64,000 bases of DNA, taken from Tubiluchus corallicola. Taxonomy: Eukaryota; Animalia; Priapulida. This document shows positions 1-12,249 of the stretch, piece after piece; position 1 is the first letter of the stretch, and each line of letters begins with the position of its first letter. The position numbers and the translations under genes were made by a program. The stretch is from assembly GCA_030141605.1 (NCBI GenBank), contig JAQGDQ010000464.1:62001-126000 (forward strand). Direction: 5' to 3'. A model generated the notes under the pieces. The model worked only from the letters and a program-made list of their open reading frames with translations. It was not told the origin of the DNA and did no database searches.

Positions 1-70
1 GTGAAAGCTGCTGCAGAATTTATAAAAATGATTTGGCCTATCATGTCACACTATTTTTTACTTCTTATAG

Positions 71-263
71 GTTGATATCGTGGTACAGCAAGAACTCCCT
101 TGCTGGACTGACAGATTCAAACAATAAGCCGCTGTCATCAGAAGAAATTCACGCTAATGTGGAAAAAGATTTGAGGATAATCAAGAACTGTTCAACATTA
201 ACTCATCCTAATGCGTTTGAAAAATACCCATGTGTTTTCGACGAAAACTTTAGAAGGAGCAAA
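71..263 (+). CDS. Sulfotransferase paralog A, internal exon
   Basis: ttatag|G acceptor, AAA|gtatgt donor; homologous to exon 15016-15211. Confidence 0.85.
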
Positions 264-374
264 GTATGTCAGTTAACGTTATTTTGAGTTAAGTGAGATT
301 TGTGGCACTGTTTTGCGCTTGGAGGCTTTAAGACTTAGAAATTAACAGATTAATTAGTAAATAGTACTCGTTCG

Positions 375-455
<81 letters not shown>

Positions 456-490
456 GTTCTCTCTCTCTCCTTTCTGTTACTTTCTCTCTC

Positions 491-526
<36 letters not shown>

Positions 527-530
527 GCTC

Positions 531-614
<84 letters not shown>

Positions 615-1284
615 CCTCTTTCTCTCTCCTCTCACCTTCAGACTTATGAAACATTTAAATTTTGCCTCAATAACAGACTTCAGAGACAATCAAGTTAACG
701 TTAATCTATCTAAGAAGCAGTTAACTAATGAAAGAATTAACTAACATCATTTATTCTTTTAGACTAGCCATACCATTTACAAAGGCTGCTATGTAGCTTT
801 CCTCAGACATTATATCAGAGTGTTTCCTCGGAAACAAATTTTATTCATAAAGTTCGAGGATATGGTAAAAGACATAGCAACCACAGCGCAAAAGATTTAC
901 AAGCATTTGGGATTTTGGGGTAATTTATTTTACAATTTTATTGTACATACATTCAGATTCCAAGTTATTCAACATTTAGAATTTAATATGTTTTTATTTC
1001 TTCCTGCACATCTGATTAAATTCAAGTAACTTTTTCTCCTTTTTTGTTCTGTTCTGTTCTGTTCTAAAATAGTACCACAATTTGTGACAAATGGCAAAGA
1101 CAGAGAAAGTTCATTTGTTTTTGTAGTGCCATTTAAAGAACAAAATAAAATATGGGGAAACAAGACAAATTACACCACTACAGTGCTGACATCTACAAGA
1201 CAAATGCTTGATGAATTCTACCGTCCATTCAACGAGGACCTAGCTGATTTGCTCGGTAGCGACAAGTGGCTTTGGAGTCACTAA
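71..1284 (+). CDS. Carbohydrate sulfotransferase 15-like (GalNAc4S-6ST family), paralog A, 3' part only; join(71..263,763..919,1127..1284)
   Basis: Three GT-AG exons join in frame: (R)LISWY...FRRSK / TSHTIYKGCYVAFLRHYIRVFPRKQILFIKFED...HLGFW / VPF...MLDEFYRPFNEDLADLLGSDKWLWSH*. The C-terminus matches the CHST15-type 'L.DFYRPFN..LA.LL.D..W.W' end. Intron positions and phases match paralog B. The 5' exons lie upstream of the window. Confidence 0.85.
375..633. repeat. (CT)n/(AG)n microsatellite, intronic
   Basis: About 260 bp of interrupted CT dinucleotide; source of the spurious ER-repeat ORFs. Confidence 0.97.
763..919 (+). CDS. Sulfotransferase paralog A, penultimate exon
   Basis: ttttag|ACT acceptor, G|gtaatt donor; KGCYVAFL...FPRKQILFIKFED, homologous to 16459-16612. 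Confidence 0.88.
1127..1284 (+). CDS. Sulfotransferase paralog A, last coding exon
   Basis: ttgtag|TG acceptor; ends LDEFYRPFNEDLADLLGSDKWLWSH-TAA. Confidence 0.88.
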
Positions 1285-1291
1285 AGCTACG

Positions 1292-1459
1292 ACTCCATGT
1301 GTGCGTAATGCGTATGTCCGTGATGCGTGACGCGTATTCAGACAATAGCCATCACTTTCGAGTAAATACGTATCGGGTAGTGCGTTACGCATTGCGTAAA
1401 CATAGAAAAACTTGCGCGTTTTTTAACATAAACTGCTGTATACGCATCGCACGTGGAGT
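1292..1459. mobile_element. Degenerate CpG-rich palindromic MITE immediately after the paralog A stop codon
   Basis: Ends ACTCCATGTGTG / CGCACGTGGAGT are inverted; internal inverted gcgtaatgcgta / tacgcattgcg; right end degenerate. Confidence 0.4.
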
Positions 1460-1758
1460 TTATGAAGTCACAATGCAACACAGTTGAAATGAGATCCAAA
1501 TTTTCTATTAATATGTACATGTTTCACGAATTGCTGTATGGGAATAATTTTCGGTTCAACTCCTATCGTAACCTTTTTTTCATTAGCAAACAAAGCAAAT
1601 CCCAACGACGCCTGTTTAACAAATGATTTCGTAATCTGTTTTTACTTTAGTTTAGTATTCATGAGATGTACATAAGCATAATAGCTATAAGAGCATATGT
1701 TACTGTTACCACAGTTTGATTAATAAAAATTATTTAAAAATTTACGAAAATACGACAA

Positions 1759-3110
1759 CAGAGAGAGAGCAATACAAGGTGGGGTAATGTAGCATTTATA
1801 GCAATGTACACAGAGAGAGCAATACAATGTGGGGTAATGTAGCAGCTGTAGCAATGTAACACAGAGAGAGCAATACAAGGTGGGGTAATGTAGCATCTAT
1901 AGCAATGTAACAGAGAGAGAGCAATACAATGTGGGGTAATGTAGCATCTATAGCAATGTACACAGAGAGAGCAATACATGTGGGGTGATGTAGCAGCTGT
2001 AGCAATGTAACACAGAGAGAGCAATACAAGGTGGGGTAATGTAGCAGCTGTAACAATGTAACACGGAGAGAGCAATACAAGGTAGGGTAATGTAGCAGCT
2101 GTAGCAATGTAACAGAGAGAGAGCAATACAAGGTAGGGTGTTGTAGCAGCTATAGCAATGTAACAGAGAGAGAGCAATACAAGGTAGGGTGTTGTAGCAG
2201 CTGTAACAATGTAACACGGAGAGAGCAATACAAGGTGGGGTAATGTAGCAGCTATAGCAATGTAACAGAGAGAGAGCAATACAAGGTAGGGTGTTGTAGC
2301 AGCTATAGCAACGTAACAGAACAGAAAGAGCAATACAAGATGGGGTAATGTAGCAGCTATAGCAATGTAACAGAGGAGAGAGAGAGAGAGTAATACAATG
2401 TGGGGTAACGTAGCAGCTATAGCAATGTAACAGAGAGAAAGCGCAATACAAGGTGGGGTGTTGTAGCAGCTGTAGCAATGTAACAGAGAGAGCAATACAA
2501 GGTGGGGTGTTGTAGCAGCTCTAGCAATGTAGCAGAGAGAGCAATACAAGGTGGGGTAATGTAGCAGATGTAGCAACGCAGCAGAGAGAGAGCAATACAA
2601 GGTAGGGTGATGTAGCAGCTGTAGGAATGTAACAGAGAGAGCAATACAAGGTAGGGTGTTGTAGCAGCTGTAGGAATGTAACAGAGAGAGAGAGCAATAC
2701 AAGGTAGGGTGACGTAGCAGCTGTAGGAATGTAACAGAGAGAGCAATACAAGGTGGGGCAATGTAGCAGCTGTAGCAATGTAACAGAGAGAGCAATACAA
2801 GGTAGGGTAATGTAGCAGCTGTAGGAATGTAACAGAGAGAGCAATACAAGGTGGGGCAATGTAGCAGCTATAGCAATGTAACAGAGAGAGAGAGCAATAC
2901 AATGTGGGGCAATGTAGCAGCTATAGCAATGTAGCAGAGAGAGAGAGCAATACAATGTGGGGCAATGTAGCAGCTGTAGCAATGTAACAGAGAGAGAGCA
3001 ATACAAGGTGGGGTGTTGTAGCAGCTATAACAATGTAACAGAGAGCGCAATATAAGGTAGGGTAATGTAGCAGCTGCAATACAAGGTGGGGCAATGTAGC
3101 AGACAGATAG
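1759..3110. repeat. Minisatellite, about 49-55 bp unit, roughly 26 copies
   Basis: Unit c(ag)n-caatacaaggtggggtaatgtagcagctgtagcaatgtaa with a variable (AG)n tract. Confidence 0.97.
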
Positions 3111-3283
3111 AGAGAGAGAGTCTGAGTCCATGCTTCGGGTCCTAATTGTAAATATTGTACAGTAGTGTTACTTTGTAAATTACACGTGTGTGTATGTTAT
3201 TTAATTGTTATTTATTGTCGTTGCAACTGCATTTTGAATATGAAATTTATGTTTGGAATAAACGATGAATCAATCAAATCAAT

Positions 3284-3320
3284 CGCTCACTCACTCACTC
3301 ACTCACTCACTCACTCACTC
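3284..3320. repeat. (CACT)n microsatellite
   Basis: ctcactcactcactcact run. Confidence 0.9.
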
Positions 3321-3605
3321 TATACACGTACCTCCATTCACTTGCACATGTAAAATCACGTGCTTAGGCACTTACACCTAAGGGTATGTGCAACTAGTCT
3401 AGCAGGAAATGTTTGCAAACGCATTCAAGTTATGTAATAACAACTACAAACCATGTAATAATTGTTTCTACTCACTCACGTAAACCCGTTTTGATCATGA
3501 GTGTAAATGACACAGGTCTTGTCACTAGACAGACTCGTGTAAGTGACACAGGTCTGTCATTAAACAACCCAGTGACAACTTAAATAATTCTGAAATTCTC
3601 AGAAA

Positions 3606-3827
3606 ATGACGCGTTTTCGCGTTTGTGTTACTAGCGTTTTCTATGTTCTTATTCTCAGTCTAAGTTTTGTTCTCTTCTCTTATGATAACAATGTTCAGAT
3701 AATAACGTCAGATGATCAGGTGTGTCGATTCATCGAATCTCAACAGTTTGTCACCAAGTCGGATTTGAAGTCTATATCTGATCAATTATTACCTGCAACA
3801 ATGAACAGAAAAGACAGATGCACTACT
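3606..3827 (+). CDS. Sulfotransferase paralog B, coding exon 1 (TM anchor)
   Basis: aaaATG start, hydrophobic segment, ACT|gtgagt donor in phase 0. Confidence 0.75.
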
Positions 3828-6800
3828 GTGAGTATTAGCTTGAAAACAAGACAGTGCTCTGATGAGACTTGCCATGGTCATAATTCTAAAAGAGGAAGTT
3901 GAAATGCCCATAAATCTCAAAAATACTTTATTTTTTCAGAAGAAATCTTCTGAGACAATAAAGTATTTTTGAGATTTATGGGCATTTTTAACTTCTTCAA
4001 CTGTGAGTATTACTTTAACGGGGAAGAAAAGGGAATTTTAACGAATCTCAAATACGTTGTATACAAAGTTATATTACTTAACTTTACGCGCACCTGTTTG
4101 AAAAATTCAAGAACTTGGAAAAGAAAATTCTTAATAATTCTAATTTTTTTCTCACCACCCTTAAAACAGCACTGCATCACCATCCCAGTGTGCACCAGTG
4201 AGTCACCAAAAAACATAATTTTAATCTCATAAACAATATGAAGTAATTTAATCTTTTTCTTAATTAGTTAAGAGTGTGCTACGAATGCTCTGATCATTTT
4301 TTCAAACTTTGCACCAATGTTATCTAAACTGGTTTCAAATGACTTACCGTTAAAATGGCTGCGTCTAAGGGTCATCGTGGGAATTTAAATTTACAGGTTT
4401 TACACAGCGTTATTGTTAACGCAAGCCCTGTGTGCAATACAACAGTATGTAAGTGATACAAAATTTCAAGACGATTTTTTAAGCTTTATTTTCTAAGGAT
4501 ATTTTCTCTCGCTTCAAGTGAAATAAAAAGAATTAAGTATGAAATTCTTAACCTCAACAACCATCTAAGTTTTGCATAACCGTACGTTGCTGTGTTATCA
4601 GTTTACGGTGAAAACTTATCAGCATCTGCATTGTTTCAAATGATTGGCCAACATATATAAACCTTTAACAATTCAGACCCCGAACAGATCAACAACTGAC
4701 CAGACTTCTGAATACCAGATCTCAGATAGTCAGCCACAGACTTGACCTATGACATTCCTAGATCATGCCAGACCAGACCCTCATCTAGAGCAGAAAGAAA
4801 CTGACCTACTCCAATATTTAGAGCAAACATAGACAGTAACAAAGCCTATTCATAAACCACGGCCAACCCTTCATTAGTTTGTTAGATAATGCATCATTTT
4901 GTTACATAATAATTGTTACATAATGATGAAATTTGTGATTTGTTACATAATACGGTATTGTTCCATAATGAGCTTTTTAGTACATAATGAAGATTAACTT
5001 GGTTTGTAAAGCGATGCATAATTGGTGTTGTTAAAACGTTATATCAAGCACAAGTAGATGTATATTCGTTCAACTACATATACTAGTTTTAACCACTGAG
5101 GTCGAATACTTTCACATAATAATTCATATTTAGAATTTCATATAAATTTGTTCTTAATTAAGTAATGAATAAATTAATCAGTTTTTCTATTGTACAGCTG
5201 AAATAGCTAAAGGTTTTTGTAGAATTATCTGAGCAAAACAACAGTTATACTTGCTGTTATCATAATCATTATATGCTTCCGTGATGTAAGATTTTTGTTA
5301 AAAATGCAAAGAAAGTTAATGCATCATTGCGTAGTTCGTTAGATCAATCATTTTGTCAATCAAACAGTAAGTCACCCGTTGATCAGTTAGTCAGTCAGTC
5401 AATAACTCAGGCAGACATCCAGTAAGTTAATCAGTCAGTACGAGTACATATGAACGTTAGGAAAGTGCACTGTCTGACGAAGGCGCATTTCACAGTGAGG
5501 AGGCGCTGCAAAATGCCTCATTTGGATTAAAATCTTTTTAACAGGGGGTTTACAATAAGTTCTTAATTTCAGTCTTAAATTTAACTACTCAATTATTTCT
5601 TTCTTATTTAACGAATAACAATTAGCACATTTCAGCAGAAAATTACAAGATTTAATCTCTCTTTTATCAGACTGACGATTTCATGTTTTATTAATGCAAC
5701 ATCGATGGCTATGTTCACGAAAAAGAAAAGCAACGCACAATATATTTATTTTATGTATGTATAGCTCAGATATTGAAGTTGTTAGTATAACTTTACTAAA
5801 AACAAACAGGTCTAACTTACATAGACTAACGTTATTAACTGTATTTTATATATGAGAAATACGGTAAGTTTAACTTAATTTAGACATGATTATACAGTAT
5901 AAAACTCGCAAAGTTGCTGCAGCTAACTGGACGCGAGGTTTCGTTGTGAAATGAAGCTTCTTGCTGCGGGGATTTCGAAAAAAAATCGGAAATTTTCTAA
6001 ATCTTTTCTGATTTTCTGACAACATTCCATGCGTCCTCACTGTGAAATGACCCTAAGGGCCTTAAAAGTCCTCTCTCTGTCTTGATCTAATGATATAATT
6101 ATGACCTATTGACAAAGTATCAATGAGTAACAAGCTCAGTGACAGTAATTTTATGCGTTGAAGATATGTCTTTAACATAATACATCTTTTTTTCTGATTT
6201 ATCGTTTGCTGCTAAATGTATGTTTTTGAAAACAAACAGAAATTTATCACAAATAATGTAAACAAAATTAATACTATAGCCTATCACTTATTGCATCACA
6301 GGGCCCAGGATGTGCCACTGTTGGGAACCTCTGCAATAAACGAAAGATATGCTACATAATCACAAATTAGACTTGATCATTTGGCATTCTGTCATTTTAA
6401 AACTTACAAACAGTGTTTGTCCTGATGCATAACGTTAAATTGCCTAGCGACATCTACAGTCAGTAATCAAATATAATTATTTATTTTATAATTCCATTAT
6501 TATTTATTTAACATTATGTAACTCTACGAAAATGGTAACAGAATGGACTTAATGGTACAGCAATTTTGTATCGTATCGTCAGCTGCCTTGCCCTTATATT
6601 TGTACGTCTAAACTACATGGCTAAATAACATTCATGGCTTAAATACAAAATTTATCTGTATGTTCAGGCTGGAATTCCGTATCTAGAAAATTACAAGAAT
6701 CCCTGTTTTTACGTGGAATTGCAGAATACAACAGGTAACGTAAGTATTAAATGCATGCAGACAAATGAGTAGTCATATTTAAAATATAATTAAGTTACGT

Positions 6801-9800
6801 TACTATAAAGCGAATTGACTGTTTGAAAAACTGTTTTGAAAAATAGAAATTTACAAAAATTTACAATGCTGTTGGAATTCATTGTCGTTTGATTGTTTAA
6901 AAACCCTGCTCAGAATATTAGTGTAAAATTTATAAAAATTATTGGGAATCTGAGTATTAGGTGAATAAAGTGATTATGAATGTAAGTGTAAGTAAGTAGA
7001 GCTGCAAAAACCTGAAAGTAGCAGTGTATTTAGGCAAACAGTATATACACTAGTGGTAGAATAGTGAAAATTACAAACTTCAAATAAGATTCATGTAAAA
7101 CTAATTGTAACGCTAAAACCAATTAAGTTAAATGAGAGCAGCGCCTGTGCAGACCAGTACAGACCAAAATAATTTGAAAATGCCTTGATGAGCTGCGAAT
7201 GAAGCCTATATAGCCAATTAGTGAACCTTGCTATTTTCTGACTGACTAAACTGGCTTCTCTTGAATCTCTTCTGTATTCTCAGCTCATTAAAGTATTTTT
7301 AACTTAGTCTAACTCTGTACACAGTTCTCAGTTTAGCTCAATTTGTTTTAGTTTATTTAGTTTGTTTCAGTTTATAAAATTTGTTTTAGTTGATTTAAAT
7401 TCTTTTAGTTTATTTATTTTGTATTGTCTATTTAATTTGTTTTAGGCTAGTTAATTTGTTTTAGTTTATTTAATTTGTTTTAGTGTATTTAATTTGTTTT
7501 AATTCTATTTAATTTGGTTTACTCTATTTAATTTGTTTTAGTTTATTTAATTTGTTCTAGTTTATTTATTTTCTTTTACTTTATTTAATTTGTTTTAGTT
7601 TATTTAATTTGTTTTAGTTTATTTAATTTGTTTTAGTTTATTTATTTTCTTTTAGTTTATTTAATTTGTTTTAGTTTATTTAATTTGTTTTAGTTTATTT
7701 ATTTTCTTTTAGTTTATTTATTTTCGTTTAGTTTATTTAATTTGTTTTACACCGATCTTGTTCAGATTTTGTCATTTTGCGCGATCACTAGTATGACGTT
7801 TAAATATGATGTTGCCTCCAGGTATTCGCTGTTTTAATTACCTACATTTATAATTAATTTTACTTTATTAAAGTGCAATCCACCTAATAATTTACTTACC
7901 TTAATAACTTTTTAAACAATCAATTCCTGCCGCATTTCAGCAGCCTAGCAATTTTTTGCATTTTTTTAAGCAGTGCTCTAAACAATCATTTCGTACTGAC
8001 ACATATAAATTCATTTAATTTTAAATCATCTTGTAATTTTGAGAATCTAACGAAGAGATTTGGCATTTCGAAAGGTTGTGTTTAACAAAAAATAAAAAAT
8101 ACAACACAATAAAAAACTAAAATGACGGAATCTCTGCAATTGTGATTGTTTCGATTCCAGTCATATTTAATTTAGAGTACAGACAAAAAATACAACAACT
8201 TATAACAAAAATTTCGCTATACACCTTTACGAGCTTAACATGCATGGTTACTCTTTAATCATTTAAAAGTTTGCAGAAAGATTGAAGATAGCGGCTAACT
8301 AGTTAAATTTAAGCCTACTTGCAATACAGTTTTGGTATACAATTTGTTTGTGCCATCGTATTATATTATTAACTTTTAATCATGTTAGGACACGCTCTGC
8401 GATGTCTGCCTCGTTTTCATGTCATTGGTTTTCAAAAATCGGGAACGACCACGATTTACTCAATGCTCTACAGACACCCTGATTTTGTCTCCAGCAACGT
8501 GAATAAAGAACTTCACTGGTGGGGAATTATTCGATTGACAAAAGGTAAACTAGCCTGTTATTATATTAACGAATTCTTTGTGTCAATAAATCCTCGGAAC
8601 GACCGCTGTCTATATACGCATTCGTATACGTGCGTGCGTATTTGGGTGTCGGGGGCGTGTGTGCGTGCGTGTGTGCACTATTACATTACCAGGTGAACTA
8701 GAACAAAATCTACTACCAGAATAAAGTCAGGAACTTGCAATTATGATGCTTCTATCCCAGCAAATATTGCAATAATTATTCTGCGGAGACCTGGGCATCT
8801 GGAAACATCAAGCGCGTCGCAACCAAAAACCATTGTCATGTAACTCCAAAAACCATTGTCATGTAACTCCAAAAAGCATTGTCATGTAGCTCCAAAAACC
8901 ATTGTCATGTAACTCCAAAAAGCATTGTCATGTAACTCCAAAAAGCATTGTCATGTAGCTCCAAAAACCATTGTCATGTAACTCCAAAAAGCATTGTCAT
9001 GTAACTCCAAAAAGCATTGTCATGTAGCTCCAAAAACCATTGTCATGTAACTCCAAAAAGCATTGGCATGTAGCTCCAAAAAGCATTGGCATATAGCTCC
9101 AAAAAGCATTTATACCTTCGATGGTAATTAAGCCTCAATGGCCTATAAATAATTAGTACGAAATTTTTAAGCTTTATGTAAGTGGATGGTTTTCTTGTGT
9201 TTTAAGGTCAAAATTATATTTATTTACCTTTTTTAACTTTGACAGCGCGTAATAGATGCTGTAATCATTTTGATAATTTTGCAGGCTAATAAATATTCGT
9301 CAGTAGTCTTATTGGTGTTAAAAAGAAAGATTAATTGTATGGAGAAAAGATGGCTAACGACCATATGGTCAATTAAGTTAATCACCCTATTGACAAGTAA
9401 TGATCACTAATTAAGTAGGCAGCCATTACTACTAAAATCTGTTGTTTTACAAGGACGAGTCTAGATTTTGTCAATTACATAGGCAAGTGTTTAACTAGTG
9501 AACAAAACTGACCTTTACAGTGACTGTTGTCCAAACCGATGAGGTCATTGTCAGTATTTGAGTAAATTAAGTTTGTAACAAACTTTAGAAACTAATTAAC
9601 TAGCCTTTGCAGAAAGGTTACTATTTTTGTTGTGTTGCAGCAAAAGATTACTACGGGAGTATAAATGTTGAAAATAAGTTTGCATCACCGTATTTTCTTG
9701 AAAGGCTTCGTTTCTTCCTAGGTACGTCGTCTTTACGTTTATTTTTCTCAAATTTGAAGAAACACTCAAAGTATAACTTCATTAGGCAAGAACTAGCAAA

Positions 9801-12137
9801 ACTTTAAGGGGTAAAGAACCGATTGAATAGACCAGTGGTTTCCATCCTTTTGTTGTTTCATTAATACATTCACGTGAAGGTCTCAATGTTTCTCAGTGAC
9901 CAGTATTGCAATGCAATAGGTATCTAAGGAGATCCCACCTAAAATGAATAGCGACAAGCCTTCCGGTGCTACAGCATGGAACAACGGACATTTTCATTTT
10001 CCCGGAAAATCAAGCACTGGTATACCGCATTTAGAGCGGGAACACCTTGTTTCACTTTCAGGAACAAAATGATGACTTACTTACATACTTTTCATGAAAA
10101 CAACATTTTTAAAAATAGTCTTTGTACTAGTCGCGACCCCAAGGTTGGGAACCCATGGGTTAGAGCAAAATTGTCTGGAGGATTTTCCTTTTTCTCCTGC
10201 CATGGCTATGAAAAACGGTGCTCAGATAAATGCCCACCGGACAGAAGCGGACCGGAAAAAAGCCCACCAGACAAAAGCCCACCATCATAAAAGTTGAAAA
10301 AGGACATACCGACATTTCCATCTGTATGATTTCTTCCTGTGCCGTTTTACCGTGTCATTGTGTCCTGTCTCACTTTACCTGTGCGATTTTTACCTATTTT
10401 TCCATTTGTATTTTTCATGTACCATTTTTGCCTATGACATTTTTACCGCGCACCTGATTGATTAGGTCTGATGGGGCCTCATAGCTGCAGCAATATTAAA
10501 ACGCATTTCTCTAACCAGATACCTACCTATAGCTCACAAATCACAAATGACCACAGTAATTGTGTGCTTAAGTGTGTATCAGTTTATCATTGTTAAACCA
10601 GCGGGCCTTAAAAAGAGGCAGAGCTATAAACTCACGGAGTTGTCGACGAATCGCTAACAGCTTAGAGAACGTAAATCGTTTTCCTACTTGTCGTAGTGGT
10701 TTCACTAATGAGTTAAGATGTATTAATTAACATAAAGCACTAGATTGAATAGAAGGTATTTCAATCTTTTCATGCGAAGCACAGTCCCTTCAGCACAGAT
10801 GTAAACAAACACAACTATGCCGAGTTAGTTTTGTAACGAGGTTTTACGTTTGTCGTTTTATAATTTTATCATCTATTGTATTTTCGTGCAATAATTTTAT
10901 CATTTTGTTTATTTTTTGGGCTTCTTTCGTAATTCATCTTTATCATAAATTTCGAAAGGTTTAGCGTTATTTTATCTATTGGCCTTTGCCTTTTGTCTTT
11001 TTACCATGGCTTTTTTATGTTACTTATTTATCCTCGCTTTGTTTACTTTTGCCATCGTTATCTTTGTTTTTCCTTGTTTGATCTTATTTGTTTTATTTTT
11101 TATTGTTCCTCTTTTCGTTTTTACCTTTACTACTATTGTCTTTTTTCTTGTCTTCTCTTTGGATTAGATTACAATGTTTAATATTTTGCAACCTTTGCTT
11201 AACTGTTTGTGGTTTTATGTCATTTTTAGCCGATATTATTTGTCCCATATTCTGATGACGTTTGCACAGTATAGATACAACACTTTTTGTCAAATTAACT
11301 ATTTCACACGTGCTGAATCTAATTTGCAGACCTAAACACTGGCAAAACAAGTTTAGACAAATATCTTCAGGCTTTTAGCAATGCCACTAAAGAAATCGAC
11401 GAGGCTGTCGAAAACTCTGTTCACCACAAGATTACAGGTGAATCATTTCAAATGCATGACGTTTCTAGTCGTGGTGGTGAAGGGACTAATATAATGACAG
11501 AAAGACTATAAAGTTTATGATGTCAAGCATTAGATAAGTGTGATCTTTTTTGTACAATGAAAAGCCAGTTACTTGCCAACTACTGGTGAAGTAACTCGAG
11601 ATAAGGATTGATTAGGCCACATGAAAAATCATACAGCACCTTTATTCATAATGCTGACGATGGAATTAGCTAGTATTTTTGTACAATTATTGTAAGCATC
11701 AGGGTGACGGTTAGCTATAATTGTAATGGTGATGGTGACGACGACAATAGCGTGCTTCTAATAAAATTCAAATATTTTTAACGGTATTTTTTTTAAATTT
11801 TAATAAAGAAATAGCCAGTATGAGTTATTATGAAGGACTAACTGTTGAACTGTTGAAAAAATTTAAATTAAATTTCAACTAGGGGATTTTTCGCCATCAT
11901 CTGCCGATGGTACTGACCTGAAAGTAGCAGATGACATTTATTGGTTGACACCATCAGCAAAAATCATCGTTATTATGCGAAACCCAACCCAGAGGTAGGA
12001 GTATTATAACAAAACTGTACTAATCTGTGAAATAGAGAAACCTGCAGTCTAAACCTGCACCTAAAACTGCATTATTGTCGCTCTTCTCTGCTTTGCTCTC
12101 TTTGTGTCTGTTTTTACCTCTGCCTCTGAATTTTATT

Positions 12138-12185
<48 letters not shown>

Positions 12186-12186
12186 G

Positions 12187-12249
<63 letters not shown>

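Noticed and set aside
328-689. ER-repeat ORFs (also 12075-12383)
   Set aside because: Products of intronic (CT)n microsatellites
1734-3131. Long Cys/Leu-rich ORFs (up to 371 aa) on the minus strand
   Set aside because: They are translations of the minisatellite in several overlapping frames; the variable (AG)n tract shifts frame between units
3895-3995. Hairpin as a pre-miRNA
   Set aside because: Very AT-rich, almost no terminal loop, and embedded in a TSD-flanked insert; cannot be supported without small-RNA data
8823-9110. CRISPR-like regular repeats (also the 56-bp and 54-bp arrays)
   Set aside because: Units are head-to-tail with no unique spacers, there are no cas genes, and the context is eukaryotic
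10979-11167. Hydrophobic Phe-rich ORF resembling a membrane peptide
   Set aside because: T-rich low-complexity intron sequence
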